A stretch of DNA of 64,000 bases. Source: Azolla caroliniana (taxonomy: Eukaryota > Plantae > Polypodiophyta). The DNA lies in assembly GCA_043228905.1 (NCBI GenBank), contig JBHGNT010000014.1, positions 15,748,001-15,812,000 of the forward strand, written 5' to 3'. This document shows, one piece after another, positions 12,811-24,246 of this stretch. The notes beneath the pieces are model-generated. The model saw only the letters and a program-made list of their open reading frames with translations. It did not search any database and was not told the origin of the DNA. The position numbers and the translations under genes are program-made. The first letter of the stretch is position 1. Every line of letters begins with the position of its first letter.

Positions 12811-13921
12811 CATCTCTATCTCTATCTCTATCTATCTATCTCTATCTATCTATCTCTGTTAATCTGCCTCACTCTGTGCTCTGTTGTGTGGATGGATGGA
12901 TTTCTATAAACATAATATCAACATATCTGTTAAATGGGCGAAGCCGAGGAGCTATATGCTTCATCTTTCTATCTCTTTCTTCCTCTTTTCTTTTAAATTT
13001 CTCGTCTGTAGTCTTCTTGCCCTTGTCTGTATTCTTCTTTCATGTCTTTGTAACGTAAGGAAGGAAAAAAAAAGGGGGGCAAAGGAAGGATTGCCTGTCG
13101 GAGAGAGGGATGACAGAGATGGATGCAGACAGAGACAGAGACAGAGATGGAGATGGAGATGGAGATGGAGAAATAAAGGCAGGATCCATCCATCCATCAG
13201 GAGGTACTTACTTTTCGTACCTCTGTCCGACTGCAGCCCCCCCCCCCCCCCTGCCTCCCCTGTTTCTGGTCCTCTGCCCTGTTCTGGCAAATGTCCGGCC
13301 TAGTGTGAAACCGGACATTTGCAACCCAACCCCCCCCCCAAAGCCTTTTGGGCAAATGGCCGCCAACCCCGCCCGGTCTCGTCGCACCCATGGGCTTGAT
13401 TGATTGGCTGCAAACGGTGGTGGTGCGTGGGATGGATGTTGTGAGGTCCGGCCTGGTTTGAAACCGGACATTTGCATCCTCCCCCAAAAGCCTTTTGGCC
13501 AAATGTCCGGCCACAAGGGAAATGGCCGCCCGGTCTCTAGCCATAACTCGTTGGCTGATTGATGAGCTGCAAATGGTGGTGCATCGGATGGATGGATGGA
13601 TGGACTGCGACGAACCAACGACAAATCTAGCCCCCCATAAAAATAAAAACAAACGAGTGTTTCTTTCCTCGTATATAGGCCAATGCTTCTCTACATAACA
13701 TTAACATTATGGTCACGAGTTACAATGGGGCACACCCCGTAGTGTTTCTTTCCTCGTATAGGCCAATGCTTCTCTACATAACATTAACATTATGGTCATG
13801 AGTTAAATTGGGGCACACCCCGTAGTGTTTCTTTCCTCGTATAGCCCAATGCCTCTCTACATAACATTTGCATTATGGTCACGAGTTACAATGGGGCACA
13901 CCACGGGGTGTGCGGAAGTAG
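12811..13921 (+). mobile_element. Possible non-autonomous Helitron-like element
   Basis: It starts in a (TCTATC/TCTA)n tract, contains GC-rich duplicated palindromes, and ends with the GC hairpin GCACACCACGGGGTGTGC followed by GGAAGTAG. The terminus is not canonical CTAG-T. Confidence 0.35.
13657..13905. repeat. 83-85 bp tandem repeat, 3 copies
   Basis: Unit GTGTTTCTTTCCTCGTATAGGCCAATGC...TACAATGGGGCACACCCCGTA starts at about 13657, 13742 and 13825. Confidence 0.95.
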
Positions 13922-14807
13922 ACAACATCATCATCACTTGGCTCCACGAAAAAAAAAAGGCATTTCTTTCCTCGTAGGACATCCAACTTTATGCAGTTTT
14001 TTCTTTCTCTCTTTTTTTTACATGCATAAAAGTTGCCTTATCATAATGGGACACTACATAAATAAGGCCTTTTATTTTATTTTTTTATTTTATTTGGCCA
14101 ACGTTAACAAGAAAAGTTTCGAGGGTCCTCAAATGAGATTGCGTGTTGGTTGATATACACGTGATGTATATATTAGTTTGCGGAAAGTTTGGGAACTCAA
14201 AGGGGGGTTTGAACTTTGTACTATGCATTCAATGCATATGATATAGGGGCTTTACGTACCGTGAACATCCTATCTGAGGTATAATCTGCCAGACATCCTT
14301 GTATGGGCCGCGGACCAACATTCAATTTCCCCTTTATATTCGCAACCCCTGTTCCAACTCGACCAAATTGCCACATGTCCCATTCTATGAACTGTTGTTG
14401 TTGGCCTAGTTTCGTATTGGTAGGACATGTCCCACCATATGCTGAATGGGTCTAAGGTTTAGGGTTAGATTATGTGGCATAGATTTGCCTCATCACACTA
14501 TCCCATTCATTCATTCTCTTATGTTAGTGTTAGATTTACCATGTTTTGTTTCACTTAATCTCGTTTGCATTATAGTAGGCACTTTCATAATGCTGTCTGT
14601 TCCTAATCTTCTGAGTGTGCACATAACTAAAGGAAATATGACTATATTGTTGATGAAAGAGAAAACTATTGATCAAGATGGGGAAGATTAATTTTTGTGT
14701 GCACATCACTTGCCCAATTTAAACTGCAAATTCCACAATAATTTTGCCGACAAGATCGTTCATAGAGCCATCCAAATTAGAAGGTGGCTGCAAACCGATT
14801 TGACCTC

Positions 14808-15105
14808 GCTAAATGTAGTAAAGGAAGTTCCATATTTCATGTTGAATATGAAGATGTATACTGATTGGCATATGAAAAATAAATATAAAGAGCCAGCTAA
14901 TCGGTACGCATCACTTCTCGTGTAAGCAAGGAATGAAGGATTGGTTTCTTGCAGGATTAACAGCTAAGTTGTAAATGAAGTTCCATCTTTCATGTTGAAT
15001 ATGAAGATGTATACTGATTGGCATATGAAAAATAAATATAAAGATCCAGCTAATCGGTAAGCATTGCTTCTCAAGTAAGCAAGGAATCAAGGATTGGTTT
15101 TTCAT
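14808..15105. repeat. Tandem duplication with a ~155-bp period
   Basis: TTTCATGTTGAATATGAAGATGTATACTGATTGGCATATGAAAAATAAATATAAAGA...GCAAGGAAT.AAGGATTGGTTT occurs twice. Confidence 0.9.
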
Positions 15106-16906
15106 CAATAAGCATCCTAATTACCACCAATCCTGCAAACATATATACACGTTACACATTATGGATCGCCACTGTCGCAACAGTTTACCCAACGCCCCCC
15201 CCCCCTTTCTTGAGCATCAGCTCATTCAAAAACTGTTGCTGAGATATCACATTCAATCATAATGAAATAGATATATTACAATCAATCCAGCAAAATGTTA
15301 CATTTTTATAGGATCAGGTAAAACTTTGCCACTACTAGTCATTGATCTTTTCTGTGCACAACACAGGAACACCAATTCTAACTGGAAACGAAGGGGACAT
15401 TGCTGATACCCTGCCTGATGAGAGTATCTTTCACACAGATCCCTCTATCCATCCCAAATGAATAGTGGCACTCCATCCATGCTTACCAAGTAAATGTTCA
15501 CCTGAATTCCATAGAAGTGTGCCCTTTAAGCATAACCATTCTTTCTTCAGAAAGTACTGTCAATCGTAGGTTCACAGATTAATAGTAACACATTGATGAG
15601 CCAGATCTGTACATCAAAAGATTGGATTGATTTACAAATGCAACCAGATTTTCATTTACTTCATAGTTATTCTGTAGCAGCTTTCAATTTACAGGAGAAA
15701 ATTTAGAGTCTGGGCCCCATGAAAAGACCTACAACAGCTTCTGCATATAAATTTTGAAATCTTCACTCTTATAATTTACAGTAAAAGAAAAAAATTAATG
15801 CATTTGTAATACTGGCCTATTTTCAGAAATGCTGGAGTTCTCCAAAAGACCAGGAACCTGGAGTTTTATTTCTGATAATGGCCTTTGTTTTATCCATTAC
15901 AATTGGAATTGATTGACCCTACTACTTCAGCAGTGATGTATTCCTACTTTCCTCTCCTTCCTTAGTGCTACATGATGCAAATAAAAGTCAAGATATTTCC
16001 CAGACACATAATACAAAACCTTCACACTTTGTACAGCTGCACATCAGAACTCCTACAAGAAAAGGCTAACACATCGTACAGAATAAATCAACCAAAACTA
16101 AACAAACATTAAGGTTTACAATTTAGAAAGTACAACAATTGAGAACATGCAGACTTTGCTCGCTAATAACTCCACATATTTGCGTATTAATGGGAATCAT
16201 TGATATATAAATCAGCACAAATACTTTCTCCTACCTTATGCAAAACAAGCATACAATAAGAGATTGTAAAAATAATAGAGCAACCTATAAACATGTTCAA
16301 TCAGGTCTAGAATACCAAACCTTATCAAAGTCCCCTTTTCTAAAAATCTAACTTGGAAAACCAAAAAAATGACGATTTTTTAAGTTCATATCATTGGTTC
16401 TCTCTTCATTAAATCAACACTTGATAATAGGTACTCGTCATACTTGCATGTGTGTAGCTTTTTTTAATTGGCATTATCTACATGTTGGAAGCAAGAAGAA
16501 AGAAATCATGAATATGTAGTGTGGCTGTTTTCACAATGCAAACACCTATTTCAAACTCAGAATACTGTCCAGATTGTTACTCAACTTGACTAAATTGAGA
16601 CTTTTGATGAGATTAATCTTTCTTATCAACTCTTTGTAGAATACACATAATGTAAAAACTGTATCATTACCTTGAGGCCAACCGAGTCTAGCTCTGAAAC
16701 TATTATCTAGATAATGACCAATAGGTCACCAGTTTAAGAATCAAAAGGCTCTGTCCAAATGGGATCGCACTGAGGGCATTGTTCCAATATTCTCCAGTTG
16801 GCTATATGCCCTTTACACTCATTCCAAATATTATATGTTCAAACAAAATGTATTTGTCGATTATGAGACAAATGCAAGCAAATTTTCCTATAAGGATGTT
16901 GCTACT

Positions 16907-18997
16907 TTAGGTGGTTACGTAGATATTCGATAATAGAACAAATGCTGATGTGCAATGTGGATCAAGGTCATGAACCTTCTGGGAAGCATACTGTGCAAGA
17001 TTGATATCACCCGATAGTTTACAAGCATTAAGCAAAGCCATCCACACTGAGGCTGTAGGTTCTACCTCTACAACCTTAATAAATGCTAATGCCTCCATGA
17101 TTTGCCCTGCTCTACCCAATAGGTCAACCATACAAGCACAAACTTCAGAAGTGGGCATTATTCCATGCCGTTTTTTCATCATATCAAAGTATGCACAACC
17201 CTCTTTCACTAGGCCAGAATGGGTACAGGCAGAAAGAATGCCAACGAAAGTGATATCATCGATCCGCACACATTCTCTTTCCATCTCAAGAAACACTTCC
17301 ACTGCCTTGTCTGCCATCCCGAGCTGACCATATCCAGCAATCATCGCACTCCACGAGACTTCATCCCGGGTGGACATAGTCTCGAACACTTCACGTGCAT
17401 GATGTGGCATGCCACATTTACCATACATGTCAATAAGAGTGCTACCCACAAAAACATCTGAGTCAAACCCATTGTCATAAATGCAAGCATGGATACATCT
17501 TCCATGCTCAAAAGCTCCTAGATTTGCACAAGCTTTCAGAATGGTTAGGAATGTGACTTTATCTGGCTTCACATCCATCTTAACCATCTTTTGAAACAAA
17601 ACCAATGCCTCTATGGGAGATTCATGAACACAATATGCAGCAATGATGGCATTCCAAGACACTAAGTCTTGCTCAGTCATATAATCGAATACATGGCGAG
17701 CATCTTCAAGAACTCCACATTTCGCATACATATCGACAATGGCACTGCCTACAAAGGGCCATGCCCCCATTCCACATTGTGTTATCCGACTATAAACACT
17801 TTCGCCCATAGCAAGGTAATGCAACCTTGCACATGCCTTCAGGAGACTAAGGTATGTAACCTTGTCAGGTGCCATTCTCTTCTCTTTTTCCATCTTTCTA
17901 AAAAACCCAATGGCTTCTGCTGCATCACCATGTTCAGCATAAGCTAAAATAATGCTATTCCACAAAGGTACATCTTGCATGCTGACTCTTTCAAGTATCA
18001 TGTGTGCATAGCTCATATTGCCAAAAGTAGCATACATATCAATGAGGGCACTCGCTATAAAACTGTCCGATTCTAGAGCATTGCTATTCATTTCAGCATG
18101 AAGCTGATGTAATAATTCTAACTTATTCGTGCAAGCCTTTATAACAGAAAGAAAGGTCACTTCATCGGGTTTAAATCCCTTACTCTTCATATCATGGAAG
18201 AGCTCAAATGCCTTCTCAGGAAGACCATGCTGTACAAGGCCAGAAATTATCGTATTCCACGACACAATAGAGAAAACTGGCAATTCCCTGAAGAGATATA
18301 GGGCATCCTCGATGTTTCCATGTTTGCAATACATGTCCAAAAGAGTGTTTCTGACATAAAGATTGTAGTGGGGGCCATGACCACTAACATATGCATGAAC
18401 ATGCATAAGACTTGAGGATGTGGTACAAGCCTTAAGAGCATTGACACATGTAACTCCATTAAGATTTACCCCTTCCTGGATCATTGTCGAAAAGAGGTTG
18501 AAAGCATGTTTGAGGTGGTTGGATCTCACATAAAACCCAATCATAGAAGTCCATGTGTCTGTATCCTTATGTGGCGTGCTTTCAAAGACATTTTCAGCAT
18601 CTTTGAAACTATCACATTTCATGTACACATTCAAGAGAAGATTTCTCAATGTGGAATTTTGCACAAATCCATTTTCCCTTATATGATCATGAATATGATG
18701 AGCTCCTATCAGCGTCTTTGCTTGTATACACTCTTTTAGAAGACACGTATATGCCTCAAAGAGATTGAATTCTACTACAGCTTCATTCTTCTTATTTTTC
18801 TTCTTCTTTACATCTAGAAGGTTTATAGCTCTTTTCCAATAACCTTTTCTGCAAAGAAATCTTAGAGCTTCATATGGATCATCTAATTCTAGAGTTTCTC
18901 TAAAGTCATCAGAAGTAGAAAACCTTGAAACATGTGACTGCCTGTAAGATCTTCCAAAAGGGAACTTTCCATAGGTCTTTTCAAAGACCAAGACCAT
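16907..18997 (-). CDS. PLS-class pentatricopeptide repeat protein ending in an E1 motif, no DYW domain; about 696 aa, intronless CDS
   Basis: Repeated P-L-S triplets (SWNTIISG, PDKVTFLTILKAC, FVGSTLIDMYGKCG). It ends with CMVDLLGRAG ... WMALLNACK ... FVLLSNIY. ATG is at 18997 with an in-frame TGA at 19003-19001 upstream. Confidence 0.95.
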   Translation of the reverse strand: MVLVFEKTYGKFPFGRSYRQSHVSRFSTSDDFRETLELDDPYEALRFLCRKGYWKRAINLLDVKKKKNKKNEAVVEFNLFEAYTCLLKECIQAKTLIGAHHIHDHIRENGFVQNSTLRNLLLNVYMKCDSFKDAENVFESTPHKDTDTWTSMIGFYVRSNHLKHAFNLFSTMIQEGVNLNGVTCVNALKACTTSSSLMHVHAYVSGHGPHYNLYVRNTLLDMYCKHGNIEDALYLFRELPVFSIVSWNTIISGLVQHGLPEKAFELFHDMKSKGFKPDEVTFLSVIKACTNKLELLHQLHAEMNSNALESDSFIASALIDMYATFGNMSYAHMILERVSMQDVPLWNSIILAYAEHGDAAEAIGFFRKMEKEKRMAPDKVTYLSLLKACARLHYLAMGESVYSRITQCGMGAWPFVGSAIVDMYAKCGVLEDARHVFDYMTEQDLVSWNAIIAAYCVHESPIEALVLFQKMVKMDVKPDKVTFLTILKACANLGAFEHGRCIHACIYDNGFDSDVFVGSTLIDMYGKCGMPHHAREVFETMSTRDEVSWSAMIAGYGQLGMADKAVEVFLEMERECVRIDDITFVGILSACTHSGLVKEGCAYFDMMKKRHGIMPTSEVCACMVDLLGRAGQIMEALAFIKVVEVEPTASVWMALLNACKLSGDINLAQYASQKVHDLDPHCTSAFVLLSNIYVTT

Positions 18998-19119
18998 CAC
19001 TCACATATAATTTTGTGCTTGTGTGTCTCATGGCAGAGTTCTCTGTAGGATAAACAGACGTAAAAGCCAGCAAATTTTCTGACAGAATTCTCTGTTGGAG
19101 AATCAGAGTAAAAAACAAC

Positions 19120-19985
19120 ACCATCTGTGCCCTGTCTTGATAACACCATGAGGAGATGATTTTATTGACAATGATAAGCCACAAAATTTCACATTTCTAG
19201 CATTGTTTCTGGTTTGTTAAATGATTACTCTTTCTTCATCCACGCAGAATATTTGCAAAACTAAATTTGGTTATAAGATTCGGTGCTACTTGACATCTAC
19301 ATCTCTCAGAGTATATTCAAGAGACATACACAATGTTCAGTAATGATGCAAATCATTGTGTACAGCAGAAGTATGTAAAATCAAAGAAAAAGCAAAATTG
19401 ACAATCAAATGCTAAAAGAAAAAGAGCTGAAGCGATTGTAATTGCAATGCAGGAAAAAATATATATGCGAAAAGGCGTTGACGTTCATTTGCAATTAATT
19501 GTAAACAAATGGATGATGAAGTGCTGAAAGAAAACAAGAAGCAATGGATAATATTAAAGAGAGATGGACATCGAATCATCGGGCATTAGCAGAAGAAAAA
19601 AAAAACTGCAAAACGAAAATGGCCTTTAGGATCAAACCAACTACAAGAAAACAATACTCAATGGTATCGAGCATGTCTGATCATTCACTCCCCTCGCAAC
19701 TCTGTATATGAATTAGAATTAGAATTTTTTTCGTCCATAAAGAGGCCAGTTTTGACCTATGGGGCCATTAAGAGAAATAAAGTAACAGAGAAAGATATTC
19801 ATTGGATCCATAACGTGAGGATGAGAAAGAAGTCTTGAGAAAGAGAGAGACAGAGGCAGAGGCAGAGATGTAGAGAAACTTACATGAGAAGAGGAGAGCT
19901 GCAGCGGTACCAAGGAAGCCGAATGAGGAGAGGGGGCAGTGCGGTCGCCAGAAGTGCTCGACATAGCTCTGTGTGTCTGTGTGTG
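19120..19985 (-). pseudogene. Inverted duplicate of V-ATPase c 5'UTR, exon 1 (frameshifted) and proximal intron 1; probable leader of the PPR transcript
   Basis: ATG at 19964 and GTAAG donor after 19884 give an 81-nt exon, versus 76 nt at 31872-31947 (net +5 nt around GCCCCCTCTCCTCATTC). Colinear similarity to about 31860-32737 continues down to about 19120. Confidence 0.9.
19710..19770 (-). mobile_element. Very short LINE family A 3' tail
   Basis: Reverse complement GGCCCCATAGGTCAAAACTGGCCTCTTTATGGACGAAAAAAATTCTAATTCTAATT matches 4368-4430. It is not seen as such at the paralogous position near 32070. Confidence 0.85.
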
Positions 19986-19986
19986 C

Positions 19987-20030
<44 letters not shown>

Positions 20031-20179
20031 GAGTACTGTAGAGAAACAGAGTAATAGAGAGGAACAGAGTATGTACATAATGTAGAGGAACAGAGTAGTG
20101 AAGAGAAAACGAGTAGTGTAGAGGATGGGACAAAAAGGAAGCTCTAATTTAATTGAATGGCTACTAGATTAGGCTTAAT

Positions 20180-21420
20180 TACAATGCAGGATTTCATGAT
20201 GGTCTCACAAAAATGATTAATGGCATTTTGGACAGGCATGTCCAACATTTGGTACATCCAAGAGTTGTATAGGTATTATTGGGTTTCTTCGTATCGCAAC
20301 GTTTAATTCCCCCATGTTTGGATGAAGGATCACGAATAGCTTGATTTGGACATTTGCTAGGAAAGGAGTCTTGCCAATATGTATATGAATGAATGATGTC
20401 GTAAGAAACATGGATGGAGGAAAGAGCTATAAAAAAAAGTGTGGGGATTCCAAATGCCTATAACTTGACGGCAACATGTGATTGAGGTGGTTTGGTAATG
20501 TTGAAGAGTTGCAGTATTCATTTGGAGGATTATGGTTGGGGCCTTTGTTTCAGAGATGCATTAAGTCAAAGAACAACTGCTATTTTGATGTATTTCTTTT
20601 GCTCAATCGAAGTTGATAATTTGTAGGCATCGATTTGTTTCATGTCCAATGAGAATAATGGTTCAGAAGGTCATGAATGTTGTTAGAGTGATGATCTAAT
20701 GTAAGCATATGATAAGGATATAATATATATGAGATAAGAAAGGAGAGAGAGAAAGAAGGGTGCCGATCCACCCGACCACCCCCGAGCAAAGGGATCGAGA
20801 TGGACTTGAGCCTCGATCGGCGTCCCATACCACCATTGTGGCGTCGAGTGGTACTTGGTGCTAGTGCGCTCGCTACAAGAGTTGACCCACCACGAAACAG
20901 AGTCTTGACATAGTCAAGAGATTATGAAATGAGGGTAGCTAGGCCTCATATTTATGGTGAGACCCAAGCCCCGCCAGGCAAGTTCACACTTGGCCTAATG
21001 GGTTGTCTCAATCACGAGGATTAAAAGTAATCCTCCCCTTCTTTACACTCTCATTTAACCCTCACACTTATCCACGTGTATAGAATACTACGATAATTGT
21101 CACCATGGGATATTATATGGTCATGCCTGTAACAAATGTAATGTGGATGCGTCTAACCTGAATAATAAGATCTCCATTCAATTCGATATTTGTATACATG
21201 GAGTTAATTGAACTGATGTCCCACTTTCAAGTTATTTTGGTGCACTTAAGGGATTGGATGTTATGGTTCAATTGAAGTGTGAGAAATGCTTTGTTTCCTA
21301 ATTTATAAGTTGGGCAAAAGAAATATGTACGAGGTTTAAAACAAAATAATTGGGAAAATTCCATTGTTGGAAAAGTTGAGGAATCTATTGCATAAACATT
21401 GAAGAGCAAGAATTATGTAA
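20180..21420 (+). mobile_element. Eroded L1-like LINE 3' region, split by a solo LTR
   Basis: Broken motif-like words near 21190-21300 (CP...W; LW...RN..F) resemble the plant L1 zf-RVT region. Confidence 0.35.
20681..21134. mobile_element. Solo LTR (454 bp)
   Basis: TGTTA...TAACA termini with perfect 5-bp TSD AATGT at 20676-20680 and 21135-21139. Confidence 0.85.
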
Positions 21421-21614
21421 GGGGTAAATGTCATCATATTCATCGCCTAAATTTGTCTATGGGGTGAGAGTGAGTTCAAAGTATTTGGATAATAGAGAAA
21501 TCCAAAGTTCGTTGTAAGGTAGTCTTGGTGATGTGGATCCCAAAGGGATCCAAATTCCATTGTAAGTTAGTCATGGTGGTGTTTTTCTTTCGTAATGAAA
21601 TTTGTTATCTATGG

Positions 21615-21671
<57 letters not shown>

Positions 21672-21979
21672 TCTTTCACTATTGATAATTGTTAGGATTG
21701 GATAGACATGCACCCTATTGTTGGTGAGGCATGCAAAGAGTGGGTGCCAATCCACCTTCAAGTGTGCTAATGAATCACCTAGTTTCCTTTAACAAACTTT
21801 CTAAATGTCTCTAACCTTAATCTTACACGAAAATACTTACTGTAATAATGCACTAATAGACTCATCTTAAACATTAATAGTTCACAAAATCAAGAGTGTG
21901 AAATCAACATTAAGAAATCACAAAAAATATACTATTAAGTGTTTGCATATATCAACCATTAACAATCATATTCCTTCTT

Positions 21980-22086
21980 AAGCTTGTGAAGATGTTACAA
22001 TGGTTTAAACAAGCTTGAAGAAATTAGAGTGGGCATAAGGGAAAAAATTAAGGTATTGAGAGGTTAGGTGTTCTAGGCTCTAGCTT

Positions 22087-22121
<35 letters not shown>

Positions 22122-22345
22122 TCAAGTGCATTGGTGCATCTATCTAGGTAGGTGACATTTGTTTGAGTAAACAAGCTTGTGAAGATGTTACAATAGTTTA
22201 AACACGCTTGAAGAAATTAGAGTGGGCATAAGGAAAAAGATTAAGGTATTGAGAGGTTAGGTGTTCTAGGCTCTAGCTTGAGAGAGAGAGAGTCAAGTGC
22301 ATTGGTGCATCTATCTAGGTAGGTGACATTTGTTTGAGTAAACAA
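21980..22345. repeat. Tandem duplication of about 170-190 bp containing a variable (GA)n tract
   Basis: AAGCTTGTGAAGATGTTACAAT...GGTGACATTTGTTTGAGTAAAC occurs twice, differing mainly in GA repeat length. Confidence 0.9.
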
Positions 22346-22749
22346 GGTCTCTCTAAACAAGCTTCTTGCATTATGCCAAGAATGACAAATGAAAAGATAA
22401 GAGAGAAGTATAGCATGTCTAAATGTAAACAAACATCTCATACGAGTTTGCTTCTAAAAAAGATGCATGTTTTCGTTATTTGTCCACTTCAATGAATGTG
22501 ATGTATATATGCATGAACACAAAGAGTTTCTTTAAAGCCTCATCCATTGATAGCATGATAGACGGAGACATTATTATTTTGAGAATATCCAGTTGGAAAT
22601 TCCGATGAACGTCGTCAATGTGGTTCCAACGGGCAAATGCAAACTTCATGCTTGGCATTTACAAGTTAATATTTAAGTTTCCTTTTGACCTTGAGAGAAC
22701 ATTTTTGTACTATTTTCACATTAGAGTATTTAGAGAGTGAGAAAATCTA

Positions 22750-23470
22750 TTAATTTTTACTATGTTCCTCCAATAGAAAACTTTGTTAGAAAATATATTG
22801 GCTTTTACCCCAATTTCTCCAAAACTCTCCCATGAGACACACGCAAAGCTATATGTAAGTGATGCTCTTGGCTTTTATGGTAAGTTTCCATTTGGAAGAA
22901 TTTACAATCAATCACATGTTTCTAGGTTTTCTTCTTTTGATGGCTTTAGAGAAACTCTAGAATTAGAGAATATATGTGAAGTTATGACACATATAAACCT
23001 TTTAGGTGTAAGAAGAGGATGAAGAAAAATAAGGATAATGAAGACATAGAATTTAATCCTTTTGAGACATTTATTTGTCTTCTAAAAGAGCGCATACACA
23101 CAAAGTTTGTGATAGGAGCCCATTAGATTCATAATCATATAAGGGAAAATGGATTTGCGCATAATTCCACATTGAATGGCCTTCTCTTGAATGTGTTGCG
23201 TGTACATGAAATGTGGTAGTTTCAAAGATGTTGAAAACATGTCACATAGGGATACAAGACATGGGGACTTCTATGGTTGTGTTTTATGTGAGATTTGCCT
23301 TCAACATCTTTTCTACAATTGTTAATGAAATGGTAACTCTCAAAGGATTTTCATTCGTTAATGTTATTAAAGCTTGTACCACACATCAAAACCTAATGCA
23401 TGTTCATGCATATGCTATTGGTTGTGGTCCTTACCACAACCTTTTGTCTGAAACACTCTCTTGAACATGG
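22750..23470 (+). pseudogene. Truncated, decayed inverted copy of the 5' part of the PPR gene
   Basis: YGKFPFGRIYNQSHVSRFSSFDGFRETLELE versus YGKFPFGRSYRQSHVSRFSTSDDFRETLELD, and IKACTTHQNLMHVHAY versus LKACTTSSSLMHVHAY. It has stops and deletions and includes the upstream acceptor-like region. Confidence 0.92.
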
Positions 23471-23837
23471 AAGTTATAAAGTCTTTGTGTTGATTTGCCA
23501 TATAGTACTTCTTACTGATGTGTTTCTTTTTTAGAACCACGACGAGGTTGATGTATAGAGATGTATGTATCATTATTTACCCTTGGCAAGACCAATGAGA
23601 GCGGGACAGAGCCATTCTTGACCTACTTATGTATCAACAAACTACTCAAGTAAACTCTAATCTTACTCTTTGACTTAATCACATTCAAACAATTAATGAT
23701 CAAATCGAGCACATGTAGGGCTTTACCACGTTTGATCACACTCCTTAGAGAATGAAGGCACGAAAAGCTTCCATGAATGTGCTTAAATACTTACAAGCTT
23801 CGTTGGGTACAAAGGCTTAGGGCTTGGGATTAGGAGA

Positions 23838-24246
23838 TGTAAAGAATTGTGTACGATTCTTGTGTAGCGGAATAGGTGTGAACTATGTGTGTGTGTGTAT
23901 GAGAGAGAGAGAGTGTGTGTGTGTGTGTGAGAGAGAGAGAGACAAGGAGTAAGAAACAGAGTATACGCAAGGTAAGTATATTAACAAAGGAGAAAGACTC
24001 AACATCATACAAGGTGGGAGGAGGGTGCTTTATATAGTCACCCTCTCTCTAAATTAACTATAAGACTCATGGAGCATGGGGAATGTGAAAGCTCATAAGT
24101 TATGTGTCATAGAATATGATTCTATGACTCATACTAAATGTTATAATACAAAGTGGTGACATAATGGTGACTCTTGACCGTTGGAGTGTCTATTCACTCT
24201 CAAGGTGAGTTCACACACTAGACCAAGTTGAGGTTGATTCTCAACA
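23838..24246 (-). mobile_element. Solo LTR, same family as 26431-26817
   Basis: TGTAAAG...CTCAACA termini with perfect TSD GGAGA. It is close to the reverse complement of 26431-26817. Confidence 0.9.

Noticed and set aside
12498-13698. Cluster of overlapping 60-150 aa ORFs
   Set aside because: They arise from microsatellites and locally high GC, and no recognisable protein motifs are present.
14455-14470. Telomere-like TTTAGGG
   Set aside because: Only one to two units, which is expected by chance.
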